Shown here piece by piece: positions 27,543 through 37,283 of a DNA stretch of 64,000 nucleotides; the first letter of the stretch is position 1; every line of letters begins with the position of its first letter. The notes beneath the pieces were generated by a model. It was not told where the DNA came from. It saw only the letters and a program-made list of their open reading frames with translations, and searched no databases. Both the position numbers and the translations under genes were made by a program. Source of the stretch: Burkholderiales bacterium (GTDB taxonomy: Bacteria; Pseudomonadota; Gammaproteobacteria; Burkholderiales; Usitatibacteraceae); assembly GCA_019634955.1 (NCBI GenBank), contig JAHCAK010000007.1, positions 24,734 to 88,733 of the forward strand. Direction: 5' to 3'.

Positions 27543-28493
27543 ATGGCGGATCGGCGGCTCCAGGTGTTCCACGCGGTCGCGAAGCACCTCTCGTTCACCA
27601 AGGCGGCGGAAGCCCTCTGCATGACGCAGCCGGCCGTGACCTTCCAGGTCCGCCAGCTGGAGGAGCAGTTCAACACCCGCCTGTTCGACCGCGCCCACGG
27701 GCGCATCGCCCTCACGCCCGCCGGGGCCGTCGCGTACGCGCACGCCGAGCGGATCCTCGCGCTGACCGCGGAGCTCGAGTCGCGCCTGCGGGACATGGGC
27801 GGCCAGGTCGCCGGTCCCCTGCTGATCGGCGCGAGCACCACGATCGCCGACTTCCTGCTGCCGCAGATCCTCGGGGAATTCAAGGCGGCCCACCCGGGCG
27901 TGGCGCCGAGCCTCTTCGCGGGCAATTCCGAGACCGTCCAGGAACGCCTGCGCGAGCGGGCCCTGGACATCGGGTTCATCGAGGGCGACACGTACCTGCC
28001 CGCGCTCGCCGGCGAGCGGCTGTGCAGCGACGAGTTGCAGGTCGTGTGCGCCCCGGGGCACCCCCTGGCGGGGCGCAAGTCGGTGGCGCCGGGCGCCCTC
28101 GTCGAGCACGCCTACCTCTCGCGCGAGCAGGGCTCCGGCACGCGCGAGGTGATCGACCATTACCTGGAGAGGGCCGGGATCGAACCCGGGGCGCTTCACG
28201 TCGCGATGGAGGCGAGCAGCCCGGAGGCCCTCAAGGGGCTCGTGGCGGCCGGCATGGGCATCGCCATCGTGCCGCGCGTCTCCGTCGAGAAGGAAGTGCG
28301 GCTGGGCCTGCTTGCGCGCGTGCCGCTCTCGCCGCCGCTCTCCCGGCAGCTGACGGCGGTCTACCCCCGGGAGCGCATCCAGTCGGGCCTCGTGGGCGCC
28401 TTCGTGCAGTTCGCCCGGCAGCGGCTGAACGCGCCGCCGGGGCGGCAGGCGCGGGCGGAGGGCCTCGCGCTCAGCGCGCGGAGTGCCCCGTGA
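27543..28493 (+). CDS. LysR family transcriptional regulator
   Basis: 316 aa. It has an N-terminal wHTH ([38 protein letters not shown]) and a LysR substrate-binding domain. It is convergent with sat, with a 23-nt 3' overlap. Confidence 0.9.
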   Translation: MADRRLQVFHAVAKHLSFTKAAEALCMTQPAVTFQVRQLEEQFNTRLFDRAHGRIALTPAGAVAYAHAERILALTAELESRLRDMGGQVAGPLLIGASTTIADFLLPQILGEFKAAHPGVAPSLFAGNSETVQERLRERALDIGFIEGDTYLPALAGERLCSDELQVVCAPGHPLAGRKSVAPGALVEHAYLSREQGSGTREVIDHYLERAGIEPGALHVAMEASSPEALKGLVAAGMGIAIVPRVSVEKEVRLGLLARVPLSPPLSRQLTAVYPRERIQSGLVGAFVQFARQRLNAPPGRQARAEGLALSARSAP

Positions 28494-29685
28494 GCTTCAC
28501 CTCCACGCGGTCCTTCGCCTCGATCGTCGCGTAGTACTCCCGCAGGATTCCGAGCACCTCGGGGCGGCTGAACTCCGCCGGCACCTCGGCGCCCTCCGAG
28601 AGCCACTTGCGCAGCTTCGTGCCCGACACCAGCAGGCGGTCGGCGTCGCCGTGCGGGCAGGTGCGCGCCGAGGCCATGCCCCCGCACTGGTAGCACCAGA
28701 ACGTCCAGTCGATCTTGAGCGGCTTCGTCTCCAGCGCGTCGTGGGGGATCTGGTCGAAGATGTGGTGCGCGTCGAAGGGGCCGTAGTAGCTGCCCACGCC
28801 GGCGTGGTCGCGGCCGACGATCTGGTGCGAGCAGCCGTAGTTCTGGCGGAAGAGCGCGTGCAGCAGCGCCTCGCGCGGACCCGCGTAGCGCATGTCGAGG
28901 GGGTAGCCCGCCTGCACGACCGTCTTGCCGAGGAAGTACTTCTCGGTGAGCACGCCGATGGCGCGCGTGCGCACGTCGGCCGGGATGTCGCCGGGCTTGA
29001 GGTTGCCGAGCAGCGAGTGGATCAGCACGCCGTCGCACACCTCGATGGCCACCTTGGCCAGGTACTCGTGCGAGCGGTGCATGGGATTGCGCGTCTGGAA
29101 GGCGGCCACGCGCGACCACCCGAGGCGCGCGAACTCGGCGCGCGTCTCGGCCGGCGTCATGAAGAGCGCGCCGTACTTCGCCTTGAAGCCGCCGTCGGAG
29201 AGCACCTTCACCGGGCCGGCGAGGTTCACCGCGCCCTGGGCCATCACCATCTGCACGCCGGGGTGCTCGGCGTCCGTGGTCTTGAACACGCAGGCGCACT
29301 CGTGGGCCTTGTCGATCGCGTACTTCTCGGTGACCCGCATCGTGGCGAGCACCGAGCCGTCGTCCGGGTCGAGGAGCGCGATCTCGCCGCCCACGGCGAT
29401 GGCCGCCGCCTCGGCATCCCCGGCCGAGAGGGTGATGGGAATCGGCCAGAAGAGCCCCGAGGCGGTGCGCATGCCGTCGCAGACGCCCTGCCAGTCCGCG
29501 TGCGTCATGAAGCCCTCGAGGGGCGTGAAACCCCCGATGCCGAGCATGATGAGGTCGCCCTTCTCGCGCGAGCTCACCGTGAGCCGCGGCAGCTTCTTCG
29601 CGCGGGCGAGTTCCGCCGCAGCCGCATCGCCTTCGAGCGCGAGCGGCCGCAGCGGCCCCCCGCCGTGGGGATTCACGAGCGCCAT
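28471..29685 (-). CDS. sat: Sulfate adenylyltransferase (ATP sulfurylase)
   Basis: 404 aa with the [11 protein letters not shown] and GRDHAGVG motifs and a PUA-like N-terminus. It starts 46 nt downstream of soeC on the same strand. Confidence 0.95.
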   Translation of the reverse strand: MALVNPHGGGPLRPLALEGDAAAAELARAKKLPRLTVSSREKGDLIMLGIGGFTPLEGFMTHADWQGVCDGMRTASGLFWPIPITLSAGDAEAAAIAVGGEIALLDPDDGSVLATMRVTEKYAIDKAHECACVFKTTDAEHPGVQMVMAQGAVNLAGPVKVLSDGGFKAKYGALFMTPAETRAEFARLGWSRVAAFQTRNPMHRSHEYLAKVAIEVCDGVLIHSLLGNLKPGDIPADVRTRAIGVLTEKYFLGKTVVQAGYPLDMRYAGPREALLHALFRQNYGCSHQIVGRDHAGVGSYYGPFDAHHIFDQIPHDALETKPLKIDWTFWCYQCGGMASARTCPHGDADRLLVSGTKLRKWLSEGAEVPAEFSRPEVLGILREYYATIEAKDRVEVKLTGHSAR

Positions 29686-29731
29686 GCCATCTCCTCCTGT
29701 CGTCCTGCCGTCGTCGTCGCCATGGGACTGC

Positions 29732-30712
29732 CTACGCCACGGCCTGGTAGTAGAGGTTCTGCGGGTGGTTCGCCTCGGCGAAGAAGTACCACCGCTCCGC
29801 CATGAGCCCCGCCATCTGGATCGCGATGGCCGCCGTGAGCAGCGCGGGCGGGCCGCCCGCCAGGTGCCCGGCCGCGAGCGCGGCCGGCACGGCGAACGCC
29901 GCGACGAGGAAGATCCACTTCGCCGAGCGCACGAGGGAAGCGGCGCAGCCGTGGAAGAACTCGTGGGTGTTGAAGGCGCCCGCGGTGAAACCCTGCGAAA
30001 CCTGGCGGATCACGGGGTGGCGCACGCCGATGGCCGTCTGCAGGGTGCTCACGGGGCGCAGCCGCGCGTTGCGCACGAGCGAGGCGCCGCGGGAGAGCGC
30101 GCCGAGGAGCGTGAACACGAGCGCCCAGCCGGCGAAGAAGGGCGCCTCGCCGGGCGCGAGCGCGGCCGCGAGCGCCGCCGCCGCGGTGAACCCGGAGGCC
30201 GTCCCGAGAAGGATGTAGTTGGCCACCGTGAGCGGGCTGTGCCATTCGCGCAGGAACTTGAGGCAGGCGTAGATCATGCCGGTGCACACGAAGAGCGCGA
30301 AGGCGAGGACCGCGCCGGCCACGCCGGCCACCATGCTCGCGTCGACCGCGGCGCCGCCCGGCAGGCGCACGAGAACCGGGTTCACGCCCGTGAGGTGCGC
30401 CGCGCCGTACAGGAACACGGTGCCCATGAAGGCCGGCAGCACGATCACCTCGCGCGAAAGCCACGAGGTGCGCCACATCGCCGCCGAGCGCCAGGCGCGC
30501 TCCGGCCGGCCGAGGTGGAAGAAGGACGCCACGAGCCCGCCCGCGAGGAGCGCGAGCGCCACGGCGGCGGCGGGGCCGTACAGCCCGCGGGCGCCCTCGG
30601 GGGAGAGCACGCCGGCGAACGCGTAGGTCTGGTGCGTGACCATGGCGAGGAAGAGGCCCTGGCCCGCGCCGAGCAGGGTGGTGAGCAGGATCACGGAGAT
30701 GGCGGGTCTCAT
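29732..30712 (-). CDS. soeC: DmsC/NrfD-type membrane anchor, SoeC-like (sulfite:quinone oxidoreductase)
   Basis: 326 aa with about 8 TM helices. It lies directly downstream of a DmsB-type FeS subunit. Size and order match the SoeB/SoeC pair of cytoplasmically oriented sulfite dehydrogenase. Confidence 0.75.
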   Translation of the reverse strand: MRPAISVILLTTLLGAGQGLFLAMVTHQTYAFAGVLSPEGARGLYGPAAAVALALLAGGLVASFFHLGRPERAWRSAAMWRTSWLSREVIVLPAFMGTVFLYGAAHLTGVNPVLVRLPGGAAVDASMVAGVAGAVLAFALFVCTGMIYACLKFLREWHSPLTVANYILLGTASGFTAAAALAAALAPGEAPFFAGWALVFTLLGALSRGASLVRNARLRPVSTLQTAIGVRHPVIRQVSQGFTAGAFNTHEFFHGCAASLVRSAKWIFLVAAFAVPAALAAGHLAGGPPALLTAAIAIQMAGLMAERWYFFAEANHPQNLYYQAVA

Positions 30713-30722
30713 GGCGGGGCGC

Positions 30723-31454
30723 CTACCAGGTGACGGCGTCGTCCAGCGTCGGCTCGCCCTTGGCGGGGCGCGGCTGCTGGCGATCGACGTTGAGCGGGTT
30801 GTCGGCGCGCTCGAGCTCGTCGGCGTGGATGCGCACGCGCGTCTTGCGGCGCGGCAGGTAATGGTTGGCCGGGTGCGTCCCCCACTCCGGCATGAGGGGG
30901 TATCCGCCCTCCTCCCGGATCGCGCGCGAGACCTCGCTTTCGGGGTCGTGGATGTCGCCGAAAAGCCGTGCGGAGGTCGGGCAGGCCATCACGCAGGCGG
31001 GCTTCCTCTCCTGCGGGGGAAGCGAGGCGTCGTAGATGCGGTCCACGCACAGCGTGCACTTCTTCATCACGCGATTCTGGTCGTCCAGCTCGCGCGCGCC
31101 GTACGGGCAGGCCCAGGAGCAGTACTTGCAGCCGATGCACTTGTCGTAGTCCACGAGGACGATGCCGTCCTCCTTGCGCTTGTGGGAGGCGCCGGTCGGG
31201 CAGACGGGGACGCAGGGCGGGTCCTCGCAGTGCAGGCAGGATTTCGGGAAGTGGACGGTTTCGGTGGCCGGGTAGCATCCGACCTCGTAGGTCTGGACCC
31301 GGTTGAAGAAGGTGCCGCGGTACTGCTCGCCGTAGGCCCGCGAGTCCGGCAGCGGCCCCGCCTCGCCCGAGGTGTTCCATTCCTTGCAGCTGGTGACGCA
31401 GGCGTGGCAGCCCACGCACACGTTCAGGTCGATGACGAGCGCGAGTTGTGTCAT
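30723..31454 (-). CDS. soeB: 4Fe-4S ferredoxin-type subunit, SoeB-like (DmsB family)
   Basis: 243 aa: MTQLALVIDLNVCVGCHACVTSCKEWN... It has four Cys clusters (CVGCHACVTSC, CLHCEDPPCVPVCP, CIGCKYCSWACP, CTLC...C) and no Tat signal. Confidence 0.8.
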   Translation of the reverse strand: MTQLALVIDLNVCVGCHACVTSCKEWNTSGEAGPLPDSRAYGEQYRGTFFNRVQTYEVGCYPATETVHFPKSCLHCEDPPCVPVCPTGASHKRKEDGIVLVDYDKCIGCKYCSWACPYGARELDDQNRVMKKCTLCVDRIYDASLPPQERKPACVMACPTSARLFGDIHDPESEVSRAIREEGGYPLMPEWGTHPANHYLPRRKTRVRIHADELERADNPLNVDRQQPRPAKGEPTLDDAVTW

Positions 31455-31518
31455 GGCATCCGGCTCGCGCTCGCAGGCATGGAACGGGCCTTCCGGGAAA
31501 ACCCCCTGATGGGACCGC

Positions 31519-31558
31519 CTATTACCGCAGCTGGGGGCTTGCCCTGTCTATTACCGCA
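31519..31558. repeat. Two direct copies of CTATTACCGCA, 29-bp period, in the soeB / kinase divergent region
   Basis: Exact 11-mers at 31519..31529 and 31548..31558, read directly from the sequence. The region is AT-enriched relative to its surroundings. Confidence 0.6.
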
Positions 31559-31695
31559 AGGGGGGGGTGAACCTACCCGTTTGGGGGAGCCTGCGCGGAA
31601 CACGAGGCCCGATTTCTCGTAGAATTGTCGTCTGGACAACCATCGACGGCGCCCCCACGGAAGGGGCGCCGCGGTCGATCCGAGGAGAAGCGCAG

Positions 31696-32895
31696 TTGCC
31701 GGTGAGCAGGAAGCCGACCCAGATCCACCCGGAGCCCGGGTGCGCCCCCCGCGCCGCGGCGAAACCGCCGCGCCCGGGCGCCTGCGACATCGTCGCCAGC
31801 CCCGAGCTGCACGCCCTTCTCGAGCGCGGCCTCAAGGCGATCGTGGCGCTGGCCGGGGCCCGCGGCGGCGTGATCCGGCTGGTGCCGCCGGCCGGCGGCG
31901 CGATGCAGCTTGTGTGTGCCGTGGGCCTTCCCCCCGACATCCTCGCCAGCGAGGCGCTGGTGGAGAGCGACTGCGGCATGTGCGGCGCGGCGCTGCGCAC
32001 GGACGACGTGCAGGTGCAGGACGCCAACCTCGGGTGCGCGCGGCGCATGGGCGTCTTCGCCACGGGCCCGGGGACGGGCCCGATGCTCGCCGTGCCGCTG
32101 CACTGCCGCGGCGCCACGATCGGCGTCTTCAACCTCTTCTTCGGCGACGCCGCGCGGCTGCCTTCCGACGTGATGGGCCTGCTGGGGCCGGTGTCGGCGA
32201 TGCTCGACCTGGTCCTCGACAACGCGCTCCTCGAGCAGGAGCGCCTGCAGACCTCGCTGTCGGCGGAGCGGCAGATGCTCGCGAGCGAGATCCACGACTC
32301 GCTGGCGCAGGGGCTCGCCTTCATGCGCATGCGCATGAGCCTGCTGCAGGACGCCATCCGCGCCGGCAACGGGGCGCAGTCGCTCAAGTACTTCCGCGAC
32401 ATCCAGGAATCGCTCGGCGAGGCGCACGCGGGCCTGCGCCAGCTCATCACCCACTTCCGCCAGCCCGTGGACCGGCAAGGGCTCGTGCACGCCCTCGAGA
32501 CCACGGCGCGCACCTTCCGCGACCGCACCGGCGTGGACCTGCGCATCGAGAACCGGGCCCGGGACCTGCGGCTTCCCGCCGAGCAGGAATCGCAGGTCTA
32601 CCAGATCGTGCGCGAGGCGCTCGCCAACGTGATCAAGCACGCCGGCGCGACGAATGCCCGCGTGGTCCTCGAGCGCACCGCGAAGAGCCTGCGCGTGAGC
32701 GTGGAGGACGACGGCGCGGGCGCCCGGCTCGCCCGCCGCCGCGCCGGCGCGCCCGGCGACGGCGACCACTACGGCCTCGAGATCATGCGCGAGCGCGCGC
32801 GGCGCATCGGCGGGCGGCTTCGCATCGTGAGCGCGCCCGGCAAGGGCACGCAGGTGTGCCTTTCCATCCCGCAGGCTCCCGGAAACCCGGACTGA
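31696..32895 (+). CDS. Cytoplasmic GAF-domain sensor histidine kinase (NarX/HisKA_3 type)
   Basis: Track ORF 31567..32895. The likely start is the TTG at 31696, 8 nt after GAGGAG. It has no TM segments and a GAF-like N-domain with six Cys including CGMC. It carries the HisKA_3 H-box (ERQMLASEIHDSLAQGL) and HATPase_c (REALANVIKHAGA...GLEIMRERARRIGG). Confidence 0.85.
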   Translation: MPVSRKPTQIHPEPGCAPRAAAKPPRPGACDIVASPELHALLERGLKAIVALAGARGGVIRLVPPAGGAMQLVCAVGLPPDILASEALVESDCGMCGAALRTDDVQVQDANLGCARRMGVFATGPGTGPMLAVPLHCRGATIGVFNLFFGDAARLPSDVMGLLGPVSAMLDLVLDNALLEQERLQTSLSAERQMLASEIHDSLAQGLAFMRMRMSLLQDAIRAGNGAQSLKYFRDIQESLGEAHAGLRQLITHFRQPVDRQGLVHALETTARTFRDRTGVDLRIENRARDLRLPAEQESQVYQIVREALANVIKHAGATNARVVLERTAKSLRVSVEDDGAGARLARRRAGAPGDGDHYGLEIMRERARRIGGRLRIVSAPGKGTQVCLSIPQAPGNPD

Positions 32896-32898
32896 ACC

Positions 32899-33552
32899 AT
32901 GAGCGACAACCCCATTCGCGTCGTGCTGGTCGATGACCACGGGCTGTGCCGCCGCGGCCTCGCCGAGCTCCTCGAGCACCGCGCCGGCATCCGCGTCGTG
33001 GGCGCCACCGGCGAGCCGGACGCGGCGCTGAAGCTCCTCAAGGAGCTCAAGCCCGACCTCATGATCATGGACCTGCGCATGCCGGCGATGCACGGCTTCT
33101 CGCTCCTGAAGCGCGTGCGCGAGGAGGGCATGGAGACCCCGGTCGTGATCCTCACCATGTGCGACTCCCACGACGATCTCGCCAACGCGATGCGCGCGGG
33201 CGTTCGCGGCTACCTCCTGAAGGACATGGACCCGGACGACGTCGTCGACTCCATCAAGCGCGCCGTCAAGGGCGAGCTGGTGGTGGCTCCCGCGATGGCC
33301 ACGAAGCTCACGCACCTGCTGGGCGCGCAGACGGGCCGCGAGGAGGGGCGCGCGCTCACCGAGCGCGAGCTCGAGATCCTCGGCTACATCGCCCAGGGCC
33401 TCAGCAACAAGGGAATCGCCAAGGCGCTCGACATCAGCCACGATACCGTGAAGCTGCACGTGCGCCACATCCTCGCGAAGCTGAACCTCTCCTCGCGCGT
33501 CGAAGCCGCGGTCTACGCGGTCGGCCGCAAGTTCTCCGGCTCGGCGCACTGA
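32899..33552 (+). CDS. NarL/FixJ (LuxR-type HTH) response regulator
   Basis: 217 aa with a receiver domain (VVLVDDH...MIMDLRMP) and a LuxR HTH (LTERELEILGYIAQGLSNKGIAKALDISHDTVKLHVRHILAKL). It starts 4 nt after the kinase stop. Confidence 0.9.
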   Translation: MSDNPIRVVLVDDHGLCRRGLAELLEHRAGIRVVGATGEPDAALKLLKELKPDLMIMDLRMPAMHGFSLLKRVREEGMETPVVILTMCDSHDDLANAMRAGVRGYLLKDMDPDDVVDSIKRAVKGELVVAPAMATKLTHLLGAQTGREEGRALTERELEILGYIAQGLSNKGIAKALDISHDTVKLHVRHILAKLNLSSRVEAAVYAVGRKFSGSAH

Positions 33553-33568
33553 GGCCGCGCCCCGGCCG

Positions 33569-34348
33569 TCACCCCCGCGGAGGCTCGCCGCCGGCCTCGT
33601 CCCGGTGCTCGAACCATTCCAGTCGCTCGCGCAGCCGCACGACCTCGCCCACGATGATGAGCGTCGGGGGCTTCAGCCCCGCCTCCCGGGCGCGTTGCGC
33701 GAGCGTGGCGAGGTCCGCGCTCACCACGCGCTGGGCGCTGGTCGTGGCCTGCTGGACCATCGCCGCGGGCGTCCGTGGCGGCAGGCCGTGCGCCACCAGC
33801 TCGCGGCAGAGCTCGTCGAGGTTCTGGAACCCCATGTAGATCACCACCGTCTGGCGCGGCCGCACGATGGCCGCCCAGTCGACGTTCAACTCGCCGTCCT
33901 GGGTGTTGCCGGTCACGAAAACGCAGGATTGCGCGTGGTCGCGGTGCGTGAGCGGGATGCCGGCATAGGCGGCCGCGCCCAGGGCGGCCGTGATCCCGGG
34001 CACGACCTCGAAGCGCACGCCCGAAGCGGAGAGCGTCTCGATCTCCTCGCCGCCGCGGCCGAAGACGAAGGGGTCGCCGGCCTTGAGCCGCAGGACGCGC
34101 CGCCCCATGTGCGCGAGGCTCACGAGCAGCTCGTTGATGGCCTCCTGGCGCATGGCATGGTCGGCGCGCTTCTTGCCGACGTAGATGCGCTCGGCCGCCG
34201 GCGGGACGAGCGCCATGATCTCCTCCGAGACGAGGTTGTCGTAGAGCACGACCTCGGCCTCGCGGATGAGGCGATGCGCCTTCACGGTGAGGAGGTCGGG
34301 GTCGCCGGGGCCGGTGCCGACGAGGAAGACCTCGCCGCGCCCGCTCAC
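33569..34348 (-). CDS. cobA: Uroporphyrinogen-III C-methyltransferase (SUMT)
   Basis: 259 aa with VFLVGTGPGDPDLLTVKA and the other SUMT motifs. The GTG start overlaps the dsrR stop (GTGA), so it is part of the dsr transcription unit and plausibly supplies siroheme precursor for DsrAB. Confidence 0.9.
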   Translation of the reverse strand: MSGRGEVFLVGTGPGDPDLLTVKAHRLIREAEVVLYDNLVSEEIMALVPPAAERIYVGKKRADHAMRQEAINELLVSLAHMGRRVLRLKAGDPFVFGRGGEEIETLSASGVRFEVVPGITAALGAAAYAGIPLTHRDHAQSCVFVTGNTQDGELNVDWAAIVRPRQTVVIYMGFQNLDELCRELVAHGLPPRTPAAMVQQATTSAQRVVSADLATLAQRAREAGLKPPTLIIVGEVVRLRERLEWFEHRDEAGGEPPRG

Positions 34349-34644
34349 GGGGCCCCTGCCTCGCCCGGGCGGGCGAAGATGAAGCGGAAGTCGCCGGGCT
34401 CGATCTCGACGAAATCGAGCGTGACGCCTTCCACCAGGCCGCGGCTGGGGGCCGCGACCACGACCTGGATGCCCTCGACGTCGGCCAGCGTGTCACCCGG
34501 CCGCGACTGGTCGAAGCCCATGCCGAAATCGACGGCGCCGTCGGCGCCCTGCTTCGCGGCCACGCGCAGCACGGGAGGCGCCACGCCGGCATCGGCGGCG
34601 GACTGGCGGATGCGCTCGGCCGCCGCCTGCGTGATGGTGATCAT
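34345..34644 (-). CDS. dsrR: IscA/HesB-like protein DsrR (lacks the Fe-S ligand cysteines)
   Basis: 99 aa: MITITQAAAERIRQSAADAG...LDFVEIEPGDFRFIF. It has the A-type carrier fold signature without Cys and lies after dsrN, as in Allochromatium. Confidence 0.8.
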   Translation of the reverse strand: MITITQAAAERIRQSAADAGVAPPVLRVAAKQGADGAVDFGMGFDQSRPGDTLADVEGIQVVVAAPSRGLVEGVTLDFVEIEPGDFRFIFARPGEAGAP

Positions 34645-34680
34645 CGAACCCTTCCTTTTCCCCGGCCTTCGGCCGGCCTG

Positions 34681-36075
34681 TCAGCTTGCCACGGCGGGCG
34701 CCGCGCCGGCGCGAGCCGCCTTCACCCGCGCCACGTGGCCCACGAAGCGCCGGACCCAGTCGTTGCCCCCGGCATTGCGCTGGTGCGAGTACTGCGCGAG
34801 GACGTTGCGGTGGACGATGCCGTCTCGCCGACCGTCTGTGCCCTCGCCGCGCTCGACCCGCCAGGCGTAGGCGAGCGCCGGGTCGGCGTTGGCGAGCGTG
34901 GAGTGATGAAACTCGTGCGCCTTGACGATGGCGCCCTCCCCCGACCCCCAGGGGTGCGCCGCGGTCTCGGCCAGCCGCACGTAGCCCTTGCCCACGGGCT
35001 TGGCGTGCATGACGACGTCGGCCGGAAGCGCCCCGACCATCTCCCAGGTGCGGCCGCGCCACGAGATCGTCCGGGCGAGGTACATGAGGCCGCCGCACTC
35101 CGCGTAGACGGGAAGCCCGGACGCGATTCGCCGGCGCAGGCTGTCCCGGAGATCCCGGTTGGCCTCCAGTTCCGCGCAGAGCACCTCGGGGAAGCCGCCC
35201 CCGATCAGAAGGCCGTCCGCCTCGGGGATGTCGGCGTCGGCCAGCGCGTCGAAGGCGACCAGCTCGGCGCCGGCCTCGCGAAAGGCGTCGACGTCATCGG
35301 CGTAATAGAAGCCGAAGGCGCGGTCGCGCGCGACCGCGATGCGGACCGTCGGCGCCGGCGCGGCCGCGGGCGCCGGCGGCGCCGCAACCGCCGTGGCGGA
35401 GACGGCGATCGACATCACCCGGTCGAGGTCGACGCCCGCGCAGACGGCCTCGCGCATGGCCGCGACGCGCGCAGCCGCGTCGCCGACCTCGCCCGCCGGC
35501 ACGAGCCCCAGGTGCCGCTCGACGACGCCCAGCCGCGGGTCCTCGCCGATCGCGCCGAGGACGGGAACGCGCGTGTAGCGCTCGATCGCCGCGCGCAGCT
35601 TCGACTCGTGCCGGGCGCCGGCCACGCGGTTGAGTATCACGCCCTCGATGCGCACGAGGGGGTCGAAGGTCGCGAGGCCATGCAGGAGTGCCGCCACCCC
35701 GCGGGCCATCCCGCGTGCGTTGAGCACGAGGACCACGGGAAGGCCCAGCTTCCTCGCGAGCGCGGCGTTGCTGTCGGCGCCCTCGAGATCCATGCCGTCG
35801 TGCAGGCCGAGGTTGCCCTCCACCACGGCGACGTCGCAGCCCCCCGCGTGCCGCGCCCAATGGGCCGAGACCTCGGCGTCGCCCTGCAGGTACGGGTCGA
35901 GGTTGCGGCAGGGGCGGCCCGCGGCGAGGCCCAGCCACTGCGGGTCGATGTAGTCGGGCCCCTTCTTGAAGGGCTGCACCGCGAGCCCGCGCGCCGCGAG
36001 GCCCGCGATGAGGCCGGTGGCGACCGTCGTCTTTCCCGACGAGCGCCACGCGGCGGAGACGAGAAACCCGCTCAT
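34681..36075 (-). CDS. dsrN: Cobyrinate a,c-diamide synthase-like siroheme amidase DsrN
   Basis: 464 aa with a CobB/CbiA N-terminal ATPase (VSAAWRSSGKTTVATGLIAGL) and a glutamine amidotransferase C-terminal domain (YAECGGLMYL). Confidence 0.9.
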   Translation of the reverse strand: MSGFLVSAAWRSSGKTTVATGLIAGLAARGLAVQPFKKGPDYIDPQWLGLAAGRPCRNLDPYLQGDAEVSAHWARHAGGCDVAVVEGNLGLHDGMDLEGADSNAALARKLGLPVVLVLNARGMARGVAALLHGLATFDPLVRIEGVILNRVAGARHESKLRAAIERYTRVPVLGAIGEDPRLGVVERHLGLVPAGEVGDAAARVAAMREAVCAGVDLDRVMSIAVSATAVAAPPAPAAAPAPTVRIAVARDRAFGFYYADDVDAFREAGAELVAFDALADADIPEADGLLIGGGFPEVLCAELEANRDLRDSLRRRIASGLPVYAECGGLMYLARTISWRGRTWEMVGALPADVVMHAKPVGKGYVRLAETAAHPWGSGEGAIVKAHEFHHSTLANADPALAYAWRVERGEGTDGRRDGIVHRNVLAQYSHQRNAGGNDWVRRFVGHVARVKAARAGAAPAVAS

Positions 36076-36096
36076 CGGCGCTTCGCCCTCGGGGGA

Positions 36097-37281
36097 CTAC
36101 TTCGCCGCCGCGACCGCGACCGTGTCGGGCGGGAGGACGGGAAGCGCGCGTGCGCCGGCCAGCGCGATCACGAAGGCTGCGGCGATCCCGCCCAGCCCCA
36201 GCAGGAACTCCGGCAGGCTGGGCGCGTAGCCGTCCACCTGGCCGTCGTGGAAGGCGCTCGCCACCTCGTACCCCGGGAAGATCTCGAGCGGGAAGGCCTG
36301 GCCGCCGATGATGAACACGTAGAGGAACGCGAGCGCCCCGAGCGAGACGAGCAGCGAGGCCGCCGCGGTGGCCCGCGGGCCCGCGAAGCCCGGGTGCAGC
36401 AGTAGCACCAGCGGCACGGCGCTGCCCGCCACGACGAAACCGCCCCAGAAAAGCGCGGGGTACGGCGCGCCGGTGACGAGGATGAAGCGCTCGAACGCGG
36501 CCTGTTTCGCCCAGTAGAGGTTCGTCAGGTGGTGCACGGCGACGAAGTACAGCGCGGCGATGACGAAGATCGCGAGGAGCCGGCGCACGCGCGCGTGGAG
36601 TTCCGCGTCCATCGGCTCGCGGCCGGCCAGCCGGGCGAGGCCGCACTGGGCGAGGTGGAACGCGGCGAGCCCCCACGCGAGCGAGAGCGCGATGAAGAGC
36701 GGCGCGATGACGCCGGAGGCGTAGGCCTGCCGCGCCACGAGGAAGCCGAAGATCGAGCCCGTCCCGGTGGTGAGGATGATGCGCCAGGCGAACGCGGCGA
36801 GGCCCACCGGCTTCGCGTATCCCCCGAGGCGGCGCTCGAGGAGCGCCCACAGGTACAGCGCACAGATCGCGAAGAGCCCGTTGTAGAGGATCATGTTCCA
36901 CGCGAAGATCGAGCGGAAGTTGTAGTGCGTGGCCGCCACCACCAGCCGCTCGGGGCGGCCGAGGTCGAGCACCAGCACCATGAGCCCGCCCGCGAGCAGC
37001 GCCACCGTGAGCAGCACGGACAGGGGCGAGTGCGGCTTGTAGGCCGCCTCGCCGAACACCGAGCCGATCGAGGCGACGTTGAGCGCCCCGGAGGCCGCCA
37101 CGATCAGGAATATCGCGAACACGTGCGGCAGGCCCCAGACGACCTGGTTGTTCATGCCGGTGACGGCGTGGCCGTGCACCTCCATGTAGTGGGCCGCGCC
37201 CAGCGCCACGGCGACCAGCGCGCCGCCGGCGGCGAGGAGCGCCCAGAAGGCGCGGCGGGAGGATGCGCTCGTCGGTTCCAT
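36097..37281 (-). CDS. dsrP: NrfD/PsrC-type integral membrane protein DsrP
   Basis: Lies inside track ORF 36097..37848. The ATG at 37281 gives MEPTSASSRRAFWALLAAGG. It has about 10 TM helices and lies directly after dsrO. Confidence 0.9.
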   Translation of the reverse strand: MEPTSASSRRAFWALLAAGGALVAVALGAAHYMEVHGHAVTGMNNQVVWGLPHVFAIFLIVAASGALNVASIGSVFGEAAYKPHSPLSVLLTVALLAGGLMVLVLDLGRPERLVVAATHYNFRSIFAWNMILYNGLFAICALYLWALLERRLGGYAKPVGLAAFAWRIILTTGTGSIFGFLVARQAYASGVIAPLFIALSLAWGLAAFHLAQCGLARLAGREPMDAELHARVRRLLAIFVIAALYFVAVHHLTNLYWAKQAAFERFILVTGAPYPALFWGGFVVAGSAVPLVLLLHPGFAGPRATAAASLLVSLGALAFLYVFIIGGQAFPLEIFPGYEVASAFHDGQVDGYAPSLPEFLLGLGGIAAAFVIALAGARALPVLPPDTVAVAAAK

Positions 37282-37283
37282 CG

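Noticed and set aside
31567-31695. N-terminal 43-aa extension of the GAF kinase from the GTG at 31567 (MNLPVWGSLRGTRGPISRRIVVW...).
   Set aside because: The extension has no RBS and an odd composition, and it would place the conserved 13-mer motif inside coding sequence. The TTG at 31696 has a GAGGAG RBS at ideal spacing. It is kept only as an alternative.
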